The translations under genes and the position numbers were made by a program. DNA of 60,131 bases from Candidatus Altiarchaeales archaeon (GTDB taxonomy: Archaea; Altiarchaeota; Altiarchaeia; IMC4; QMZM01). The stretch spans positions 1-60,131 of the forward strand of contig JAHEXG010000003.1 of assembly GCA_023252215.1 (NCBI GenBank), in the 5' to 3' direction. The notes below the pieces were generated by a model, which worked only from the letters and a program-made list of their open reading frames with translations, was not told the origin of the DNA and did no database searches. Positions 35,538-42,398 of the stretch are shown in pieces; within the stretch, counting starts at the first letter, position 1; every line of letters starts with the position of its first letter.

Positions 35538-36143
35538 ATGGGCTACTACAAATACGTTGCACAAACATATAAAGCAATAAGGAACAAACTAAACGAACCG
35601 GAAAACCTCGAACTAAGAAACCTGATAGGCGCACGAAAAAAGGCCTGGAGAAAGTGCCCGACGGTAGAACGCGTCGAACACCCGATAAGGATCGACACCG
35701 CCCGAAAATACGGCTACAAGGCAAAACAAGGCTTCGTCGTCGCAAGAGTCCGGGTCAGAAAAGGAGGACTAAACAAGCCCCGCCCCGAAAGAGGACGCAA
35801 ACCCAAAAGAGCCGGAGTAAACAAGATCACGCCCCGCATATCCATACAGCGGATAGGCGAGCAGAGGGTCATGAAAAGATACCCGAACCTGGAAATCCTC
35901 GGCTCCTACTGGGTATGGGAAGACGGGCAATACAAATACTACGAAGTCGTTTTGGTCGACCCAAGCCACCCTGTCATAAAGAGCGACAAAGACGTTTCTT
36001 GGATATGCGAGAAACAGCACACCAGAAGAGCATACAGAGCGCTTACGCCCGCAGGAAAGAAAGGCAGAGGATTGCTGAACAAAGGCAAGGGAGCGGAGAA
36101 GATACGCCCAAGCCTCGCAGCGAACGAAAACAAGGCCAAATAA
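35538..36143 (+). CDS. rpl15e: Ribosomal protein L15e
   Basis: MGYYKYVAQTYK...; GGAGGTGA lies 7 nt upstream of ATG 35538. The track ORF starts too early (35466). Confidence 0.9.
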   Translation: MGYYKYVAQTYKAIRNKLNEPENLELRNLIGARKKAWRKCPTVERVEHPIRIDTARKYGYKAKQGFVVARVRVRKGGLNKPRPERGRKPKRAGVNKITPRISIQRIGEQRVMKRYPNLEILGSYWVWEDGQYKYYEVVLVDPSHPVIKSDKDVSWICEKQHTRRAYRALTPAGKKGRGLLNKGKGAEKIRPSLAANENKAK

Positions 36144-36225
36144 GGGGCCTCGGTTTTCTTCTTTTTTTTTATTTTCTTTTATTATTTATTTAGTTCCAAA
36201 ACAGTAGTTAATAACCATTCGAGAT

Positions 36226-36298
36226 GCCTTGGTAGCTCAGCTGGTAGAGCGCTCGACTGTTAATCGAGTGGTCACAGGTTCAAGTCCTGTCCAAGGCG
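36226..36298 (+). tRNA. tRNA-Asn (GTT)
   Basis: GCCTTGG-TA-GCTC..GAGC-G-CTCGA-CTGTTAA-TCGAG-TGGTC-ACAGG-TTCAAGT-CCTGT-CCAAGGC-G. Confidence 0.9.
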
Positions 36299-36319
36299 TA
36301 TCAAGAAAAAAGGCCAAAC

Positions 36320-36394
36320 GGGCCCGTAGCTCAGACTGGTTAGAGCGCTCGACTCATAATCGAGTGGCCGTGGGTTCAAATCCCTCCGGGCCCA
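36320..36394 (+). tRNA. tRNA with anticodon CAT (elongator Met or Ile2)
   Basis: GGGCCCG/CGGGCCC acceptor, anticodon arm CTCGA-CTCATAA-TCGAG, T-loop TTCAAAT (one T-stem mismatch). Confidence 0.85.
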
Positions 36395-36397
36395 ACC

Positions 36398-36415
36398 TCC
36401 CTTCACAGGGACGTT
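36398..36415 (+). repeat. Conserved tRNA-trailer hairpin TCCCTTCACAGGGACGTT (copy 2)
   Basis: Identical to 857-874. Starts 4 nt after the tRNA end. Confidence 0.7.
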
Positions 36416-36512
36416 GATGGAAAATCCTAAAGGACGTCCCAGTGGGACAAACAGGAGGCAGGGTCTTCGACCCCCCCATAACGCACATTTTCAAAGATAA
36501 GAGGTCCATAAA

Positions 36513-36746
36513 ATGATTATTGAAGTAGGCAGGGTCTGCAGGAAGACCACAGGAAAAGACGCCGGCAAATACTGCGTGATCGTGGAAAAAATAGACGACA
36601 ACTATGTAATGACGGAGGGCATTGCCCAGAAGAGGAAAAAGACCAGCATACTACATCTCGAACCTCTGCCCAAAGTCCTGGAAATAAAGAAAGGCGCATC
36701 CACGGACGAAGTAAAAAAGAAACTGGAAGAAGAGAACCTCGCCTAG
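36513..36746 (+). CDS. rpl14e: Ribosomal protein L14e (KOW)
   Basis: MIIEVGRVCRKTTGKDAGKYCVIVEKIDDNYV... Confidence 0.8.
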   Translation: MIIEVGRVCRKTTGKDAGKYCVIVEKIDDNYVMTEGIAQKRKKTSILHLEPLPKVLEIKKGASTDEVKKKLEEENLA

Positions 36747-36753
36747 GTATGAT

Positions 36754-37752
36754 ATGAAACCAGCAGGCCTAACAGACGTCCTGATAAAGGAAGAGGCCGA
36801 AACAGACCCCGGATACGGCTGCCCCCCGGAAAACCGGGACATAAAAACACATCTGAACGACGGCATAGTCAACATCGACAAACCAGCAGGCCCCAATTCT
36901 CACCAAGTAACAACCTGGGTAAAAGAAATACTCGAACTGCCCAAGACCGGACACTCAGGAACACTAGACCCAAAAGTAACCGGTGTCCTACCGGTAGCGC
37001 TTGGAAACGCAACCAAAATAGTCAAAGTACTACTCCTATCAGACAAAGAATACGTCTGCCTAATGTCCCTACACGACACCGCGCCAAAAGACCGGCTGGA
37101 AAAAATATTCCACGAACTACAGGGCCCGATATTCCAGACACCCCCCATCATGTCCGCGGTAAAAAGAGAACTACGCATAAGAAACATATACGAATTAAGA
37201 CTGCTAGAACGAAACGGAAAAGAAATCCTCTACAAAGTCAGATGCGAAGCAGGAACCTACATAAGAAAACTCTGCCACGACATGGGAATAATCCTTGGAA
37301 CAGGCGCACACATGCACGAACTACGCAGGACAAAAGCAGGCTCATTCGACGAAACAAGCCTGGTAATACTACAGGACCTGAAAGACGCCTACGTAGCCTA
37401 CAAAGAAACAGGCGACGAAACAAGGCTGCGCAAACTAGTCCTCCCGGTCGAAGCAGGCGTCAAAAACATAAGAAAAATATGGATAAAAGACTCCGCCATA
37501 GACGCAATATGCCACGGAGCAGACCTCAACGCGCCAGGGATAAGCCTGCTGGAAAAAAACATAAACAAAAACGACCCAGTCGCCCTAATGTCCCTGAAAA
37601 ACGAACTAGTAGCACTCGCCAAAGCAAACTACGCATCAGAAGACCTGCAAAAAATGCAAAAAGGCCCCGCAGCAACCCTCGTACGCGTAATAATGGAAGC
37701 AAACACCTACCCAAAACAATGGCATAAAAACAAGGCAGAAAAAACAGCATAA
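36754..37752 (+). CDS. cbf5: tRNA/rRNA pseudouridine synthase Cbf5 (TruB + PUA)
   Basis: GHSGTLDPKVTGVLPVALG catalytic motif. Uninterrupted (no mRNA intron). Confidence 0.9.
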   Translation: MKPAGLTDVLIKEEAETDPGYGCPPENRDIKTHLNDGIVNIDKPAGPNSHQVTTWVKEILELPKTGHSGTLDPKVTGVLPVALGNATKIVKVLLLSDKEYVCLMSLHDTAPKDRLEKIFHELQGPIFQTPPIMSAVKRELRIRNIYELRLLERNGKEILYKVRCEAGTYIRKLCHDMGIILGTGAHMHELRRTKAGSFDETSLVILQDLKDAYVAYKETGDETRLRKLVLPVEAGVKNIRKIWIKDSAIDAICHGADLNAPGISLLEKNINKNDPVALMSLKNELVALAKANYASEDLQKMQKGPAATLVRVIMEANTYPKQWHKNKAEKTA

Positions 37753-37793
37753 TAAAACCACATAATCCCTAATCCATAACCTCATAATAGACG

Positions 37794-37949
37794 ATGAACA
37801 ACCTGCCAAGCATACAAAGCTGCCCAAAATGCAAAGGAGGACTAGAAGAACAAGAAAACAGCCTAATATGCCGCAGATGCAGAACACGCTACTCCCTAAA
37901 CCACGGAATACCCATAATGATAGTCGACTCAGCTGAAAAAGCAAGCTAA
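37794..37949 (+). CDS. Trm112/UPF0434-like Zn-ribbon protein (51 aa)
   Basis: Manual translation MNNLPSIQSCPKCKGGLEEQENSLICRRCRTRYSLNHGIPIMIVDSAEKAS*. Confidence 0.6.
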   Translation: MNNLPSIQSCPKCKGGLEEQENSLICRRCRTRYSLNHGIPIMIVDSAEKAS

Positions 37950-37979
37950 AAAAAAGTCGAACACAAATCATCCACACAT

Positions 37980-38067
37980 GCTGAGGTGGCAGAGTTTGGT
38001 CTAACGCGCGGGCCTGCTAAGTCCGTTCCTCGAAAGGGGAGCTTGGGTTCAAATCCCAACCTCAGCG
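37980..38067 (+). tRNA. tRNA-Ser (GCT), long variable arm
   Basis: GCTGAGG/CCTCAGC acceptor, anticodon arm CGGGC-CTGCTAA-GTCCG, extra arm, T-arm TTGGG-TTCAAAT-CCCAA. Confidence 0.85.
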
Positions 38068-38250
38068 CACCTTTTTTGCCTTCGAGAAGGCATGCCCTGT
38101 TGGGCATTTCTTAAGAAGAAAGATGCCTGAAGGCATGTCCCTGAATGGACAAAGAAGGGTGAGGCCTTCAGGCCCCACAGTGACGTGATATTTTTCGGCG
38201 CGATACCAATAATCCATATCCCAAAAAAAAATATTTTTGGAGGAACAAAA

Positions 38251-38457
38251 ATGGCTGGTCCGGAAAAGAGAAAACATCCCATATCGGAGATGGCAACAGG
38301 GAAAATACACCCCATACAGGCGATGAATAAATCCATAAATGAAAGAGAAAACAGAGGATCCGCAAGAGAAGATTTCAGCATGAACAAAGACGAGCGCGCA
38401 GGAATGAAACGCGTCATAGAAAGCGCCGCAAAATTCCAACCATACAAGAAAAAATAA
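38251..38457 (+). CDS. Hypothetical small basic protein (68 aa)
   Basis: ORF between tRNA-Ser and tRNA-Ala with GGAGG upstream. No recognisable motif. Confidence 0.25.
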   Translation: MAGPEKRKHPISEMATGKIHPIQAMNKSINERENRGSAREDFSMNKDERAGMKRVIESAAKFQPYKKK

Positions 38458-38471
38458 GGGAATAGAAAAAA

Positions 38472-38545
38472 GGGCTCGTAGATCAGTTCGGTAGATCGCC
38501 CGCTTGGCGTGCGGGAGGCCTCGGGTTCGAATCCCGACGAGTCCA
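38472..38545 (+). tRNA. tRNA-Ala (GGC)
   Basis: G3:U70 pair present. Anticodon arm CCCGC-TTGGCGT-GCGGG, T-arm TCGGG-TTCGAAT-CCCGA. Confidence 0.9.
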
Positions 38546-38646
38546 ATCCCTATCCCTCCCGCTTATTATTTTAACCTCAAACCCCTATCATAGACCATTT
38601 CATTCAACGGAACCGTGGGGTCGAAAGATCCCACGCTGATTCAACC

Positions 38647-38668
38647 GGGACCGTGGGGTAGCTTGTCC
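38647..38668 (+). pseudogene. Isolated copy of the tRNA-Pro 5' end (19 nt identical, 21/22)
   Basis: GGGACCGTGGGGTAGCTTGtCC versus the genuine 38752-38773. Followed by a trailer-like hairpin instead of the rest of a tRNA. Confidence 0.65.
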
Positions 38669-38751
38669 AGAACTCTCCCAAAGGGATGGTTTCATCCCCA
38701 AAAGAAAATTAAATTATAGAAACAATAAAAAATTTAATAAAATTCATTAAT

Positions 38752-38825
38752 GGGACCGTGGGGTAGCTTGGCCATCCTTCTAGCTTGGGGTGCTAGAAAC
38801 CTGTGTTCAAATCACAGCGGTCCCA
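38752..38825 (+). tRNA. tRNA-Pro (GGG)
   Basis: GGGACCG/CGGTCCC acceptor, anticodon arm CTAGC-TTGGGGT-GCTAG, T-arm CTGTG-TTCAAAT-CACAG. Confidence 0.85.
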
Positions 38826-38913
38826 TAGGAATCCCCCTCAAGGGATTATTCCATTCCCAAAAGAAAAGACAATGGGGTCTAAAGACCCCCCGTGGGGTGG
38901 GTCAGGATTAACC

Positions 38914-38952
38914 TAAAACTGGGGAGGGGCAAAGCCCCTCCGCGGTTTGGAG
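38914..38952 (+). repeat. HP-1 imperfect hairpin element, copy 4 (upper stem fully compensated)
   Basis: TAAAACTGG-GGAGGGGC-AAA-GCCCCTCC-GCGGTTTGGAG. Confidence 0.8.
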
Positions 38953-38978
38953 CTGTGTTCAAATCACAGCGGTCCCAT
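38953..38978 (+). repeat. Exact 26-nt copy of the tRNA-Pro 3' end
   Basis: CTGTGTTCAAATCACAGCGGTCCCAT is identical to 38801-38826. Confidence 0.9.
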
Positions 38979-39080
38979 GAACTGCCCTAAAGGGCATGTT
39001 TCATCCCCCTTGTCCTTCTGGGGCATGACCTGCATTAAATTGACTGGATTTAATGCCAAAAGTCGAAATAATTAGCATTC

Positions 39081-39154
39081 GCCTCCGTGGCTCAGACTGG
39101 CAGAGCGGCTGACTTGTAATCAGTAGGTCGAGGGTTCAAATCCCTCCGGGGGCT
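39081..39154 (+). tRNA. tRNA-Thr (TGT)
   Basis: GCCTCCG/CGGGGGC acceptor, anticodon arm GCTGA-CTTGTAA-TCAGT, T-arm GAGGG-TTCAAAT-CCCTC. Confidence 0.9.
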
Positions 39155-39214
39155 AATATTTTCTTAAACTGATTGGACATTTTAACCTGTCTTCCCTATT
39201 GTTTACTTAATAAA

Positions 39215-39391
39215 ATGGCTCGTCCGATCGAACCTCTTCCAACCCTCATGGGACAAGACGCTGTTAACTTCCTTAGAGAGAAGGAGAGGATTGAAAACCT
39301 TGATCCGAATGGCAAGGAAGCTAAGGAGCGTAACTCATTTCTTGACAAGTGTGTAAAGGTTTATAATAAGACCCGTCCGATTAATCTTTGA
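39215..39391 (+). CDS. Hypothetical small protein (58 aa)
   Basis: MARPIEPLPTLMGQDAVNFLREKERIENLDP... Converges on the GNAT gene and overlaps its 3' end by 11 nt. Confidence 0.35.
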   Translation: MARPIEPLPTLMGQDAVNFLREKERIENLDPNGKEAKERNSFLDKCVKVYNKTRPINL

Positions 39392-39905
39392 TTTTAAGCA
39401 GGTCTAGGTACATCGGGATGTTTGTTTTAATCTTTCTGTCTACGAGCCGCTTAAAGCCGTTCTTTTCATAAAACCGTATATTGCGCTCTTCGTTTAATGA
39501 GTCCACCGCCAGGTAGCGGCATCCCACTTCGTTTGCGTGTAGTACTGCCCGTCCAAGTACGTGTTCTATTATGACGCTTCCAAATCCTCTGCCTTGTTCT
39601 CCTTTTTTGACTCCGAGGCGTCCGATCATCATTGCAGGATAGTTCGCCAGATGTTTTCCTAACTTGTCGAATTCCTTCATGTCCTCCTCATTAACCTTTA
39701 TGTCTGCGTTGGAGAGACAGAAGAAGGCTTTTAATTCGTCTTCATATTCCAGCAAATATGTGACGGCCAGCCTGCCGTCAAGGTAACCCAGAGCATCCGT
39801 ACTTAGGAACTCGTTTAAATCAGCTATGCCGCAGTCGAAGCCTTCTATTAAATGGATTGTCTCCGTTGAAAGCTTAGTGATCCTGATTTTGGAGTAATCT
39901 ATCAA
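39381..39905 (-). CDS. GNAT acetyltransferase resembling TacT/KacT-type toxins
   Basis: FDCGIADLNEFL near the N-terminus and the GRLGVKKGEQGRGFGS acetyl-CoA motif. Confidence 0.6.
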   Translation of the reverse strand: MIDYSKIRITKLSTETIHLIEGFDCGIADLNEFLSTDALGYLDGRLAVTYLLEYEDELKAFFCLSNADIKVNEEDMKEFDKLGKHLANYPAMMIGRLGVKKGEQGRGFGSVIIEHVLGRAVLHANEVGCRYLAVDSLNEERNIRFYEKNGFKRLVDRKIKTNIPMYLDLLKIKD

Positions 39906-40174
39906 GTCGTATCACCTTTAGCGAATAAGGCGTTGGCGGTTTAGGTGCTGCTTTATTTATTAATTGGTTGACTGGATTAAACGGCGAGTGTTATTGTTTT
40001 AAAATGTAGAATGAGAAATAGAAGATATATGGGGGCTATTAACTCCTCTGTTCAGCGTTTATTCTTCTATTATCTCGTATTCTCCGTCGTCGTCAATGTA
40101 TGCTTTTAGATTTGTCAGGGATTCGTCTTTGGTCGTTGGTGTGTTCAGGTCTTGGAAGTTTTTTTTATGTTTTT

Positions 40175-40672
40175 CTATATGGTGTTGTCTTGTAGTGGTT
40201 CTATTGGTATGTTGAGGGTGTATGAGTATTTTGAGTCCATTTCCAATGAGTTGTCTGTCTGGCAGCAGCAGGTGTCCAGTCTTGCGGTCGGGCATAGTCT
40301 TCCGCCGTATATTGATTTTACTTCGTTTCTTACTCTGCATTCTAGTCCGTTGAGTCTGCAGTCTCCTCCTGCGTATCCTATGTTCTTGCAGTAGGAGTTG
40401 CATGTCTTTTTCTTTGTTGTTTTTGGCTGGGGTTTGGTGGTGGACGTGGGTTCTATGGTGGTTGTCTCTGCTGAGGAGGTTGTTGTGGTCGTCTCCAGCG
40501 AGGTCGTGGTTGTGGCTGTCGTAGTTGTTGTTACTGGTTCTGTGGTTGTTTCGTTGCCTGCGGGTTTCGCATATGTGGCATTATCCGTATTGTCCTGTGC
40601 GTAGCAGTAGCCTAGTAGCAGAATAATCCCAAGTCCTAATATAATGTACGTCTTTGTTTTCATATCTTTCAC
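40175..40672 (-). CDS. Small secreted protein: signal peptide, Thr-rich linker, 8-Cys C-terminal domain
   Basis: MKDMKTKTYIILGLGIILLLGYCYA, then TTTTTATTTTS..., then CNSYCKNIGYAGGDCRLNGLECRV...CPTARLDTCCCQ. Confidence 0.65.
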   Translation of the reverse strand: MKDMKTKTYIILGLGIILLLGYCYAQDNTDNATYAKPAGNETTTEPVTTTTTATTTTSLETTTTTSSAETTTIEPTSTTKPQPKTTKKKTCNSYCKNIGYAGGDCRLNGLECRVRNEVKSIYGGRLCPTARLDTCCCQTDNSLEMDSKYSYTLNIPIEPLQDNTI

Positions 40673-40739
40673 CTTAGGTTATCTATGGAAAGAAAACAAT
40701 AAATAATAAGTATAAAGTCCGGTGATCATATCGGATTTT

Positions 40740-41831
40740 TTACCATTCTTCGTTGTTGGGCATCCATTTCTTCAATTTGAGTACTGCGAATACTACTACG
40801 CCTGACAGCAATGTTCCTATGACCAGCGAATATAGCATGAATTCGTGGGAAACGTCGTCTCCCAGCGGTGTGCCATAGATTGTTGCGAGCGTGTTTGGTA
40901 CCAGCAGGGCGGTACCTATGACTGCTAGCCAGGTGGCCAGCCATGCCAGGCGGTTGTTCAGCATCTGTAATTGGTTGTTGTATATGCTTTGCAGTACTTC
41001 CAGCCCTGAGGCCAATACTTCGCTCATGTGTTCTGATAGTCCTATTTGCTGGTTTATGTCTGATGAGAGCATTGTTATGCGTTCTATTATCTTTTCATCG
41101 TCTGTTATTACCTCTGCGTCTCCGTAGCGGAGGCTGTTTACTACGTCGAGGGTGGCCCATAATGCGTTCATGTAGGTTATGAGGGCGTGTTTCATGTTGT
41201 ATATTGCGAGGCCGAGCCTGCTTCTGGGCGTTTTTGGGTCCATTAGGTCTTTGCTTAATTCGTCGGCCTGTGATTCGATCTCTCTGAGGTGGTCGAAGTT
41301 TCTGTCGTTGTTTTCATCCATGATGCGGATGAGGGCCAAAGTAAGCGCGTCCTGCCATAGTACGTTGGTGGGTATCTTGCGCAGGAAGGTGTCTGCGTAT
41401 CTTGAGAATCTCACCAGCCGGACTACTTCGTTCCCGGCCAGGGTTAGTATAAGGCCTTTTCGCATTAGGATAATAAGTGGATTGACGTTCACTTCCAGGT
41501 TCTTGACCGTGACCGCGGGTACGAGCAGTGCGAGTTCTACGTCGTTGTCTATGTATTCGGAGTAGCCTGTTCCTTCAAGCAGTTTTCCCACCAGGCCGCC
41601 GGTAAAGCCAAGGGAGTTTGCTACGTCTTCTCCTTGTGTCTTCAGGTCTTCGACCAGGTAGTTTATCCATGCTATTTTTGCTTTTTCAAGGACCGGCTTT
41701 AGTTCGCCGGTTGTGTTGTATTCTACTCTTACGCATTCTCCCGATTCCAGGAGGGCGGCGCAGAACTGTGCGTGGCTTACGCTTACGCGGGGCGTGTTTT
41801 TTACGGTCTGCGGGTCGTTTTCGTCAGCCAT
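40740..41831 (-). CDS. CorA-like divalent cation transporter with a non-canonical YGTPL in place of YGMN
   Basis: Long cytoplasmic domain plus two C-terminal TM segments. LATIYGTPLG lies where CorA has GMN. Confidence 0.55.
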   Translation of the reverse strand: MADENDPQTVKNTPRVSVSHAQFCAALLESGECVRVEYNTTGELKPVLEKAKIAWINYLVEDLKTQGEDVANSLGFTGGLVGKLLEGTGYSEYIDNDVELALLVPAVTVKNLEVNVNPLIILMRKGLILTLAGNEVVRLVRFSRYADTFLRKIPTNVLWQDALTLALIRIMDENNDRNFDHLREIESQADELSKDLMDPKTPRSRLGLAIYNMKHALITYMNALWATLDVVNSLRYGDAEVITDDEKIIERITMLSSDINQQIGLSEHMSEVLASGLEVLQSIYNNQLQMLNNRLAWLATWLAVIGTALLVPNTLATIYGTPLGDDVSHEFMLYSLVIGTLLSGVVVFAVLKLKKWMPNNEEW

Positions 41832-41884
41832 TTTCTGCCTTCTCAGTAGAAATAGTATCCGTTTATGCGGTTTTTTTTATTTTT

Positions 41885-42289
41885 TTACTTTACCAGTTTT
41901 ATGCCTTTGGGGAACTTGACGCGGTATTTGCCTTCGTGTGGCTCCAGTTCCAGGAGGTGTTCTTTTTTGCATATCGGGCATATTACTTTGTGATCCAGGA
42001 CCGCTATCTTTGCGTTGTGTTCGAATTCGCCTACGCATTTGCCGCAGCGCAGCAGGAATTTTTTGTGTATGACGGCAGGGTTCTTTTTCTGGAGGCTTGG
42101 CATGTTCAGGGAGAGCCTGTCTCTCAGTTTTTGTATGTCCTGCTCTATGAGTATTGATTTGCCCTTGGTCTGCGCAAGCTCCTTTTGTATCTTCTTTAAT
42201 TCCGTGTCTGAAATGGTCGGAGGCATCTCTTTTTTCGATTTTTTATCTTTTGATTTAGCAGTCTTTTTTGCGGCCATGGTAATCACCAA
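41885..42289 (-). CDS. Hypothetical Lys-rich / coiled-coil / Zn-ribbon protein
   Basis: CGKC...CPIC pair. The likely start is the internal MAAKK. Confidence 0.45.
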   Translation of the reverse strand: MVITMAAKKTAKSKDKKSKKEMPPTISDTELKKIQKELAQTKGKSILIEQDIQKLRDRLSLNMPSLQKKNPAVIHKKFLLRCGKCVGEFEHNAKIAVLDHKVICPICKKEHLLELEPHEGKYRVKFPKGIKLVK

Positions 42290-42398
42290 AAAGCGTTTAT
42301 GAGTTGTTAGCAGTCTTTCAGATAATCATTGGTTAAATGGATATATAAATCTCATAATAAAATATATAGGTATATAACACAGTGTCGTTTCTTGTAAA

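Noticed and set aside
38049-38546. 165-aa minus-strand ORF, plus overlapping ORFs, across the tRNA-Ser to tRNA-Ala region. Also plus-strand ORF 36229-36417 across two tRNAs.
   Set aside because: They run through tRNA genes and hairpin arrays and have no protein-like features.
38890-38978. HP-1 plus the following T-arm as a real tRNA (anticodon arm with an intron) or as the 3' half of a split tRNA-Pro.
   Set aside because: D-arm-like and T-arm parts exist, but no 5' acceptor strand is present. No excision of the hairpin leaves a 7-nt loop with U33 and a purine at position 37. Copies 2 and 3 have no T-arm at all.
40059-40403. 114-aa minus-strand ORF overlapping the 3' part of the Cys-rich secreted protein gene.
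   Set aside because: It lies in a different frame of the better-supported 40175-40672 gene, has an R/K/T-rich composition, and has no signal peptide or motifs.
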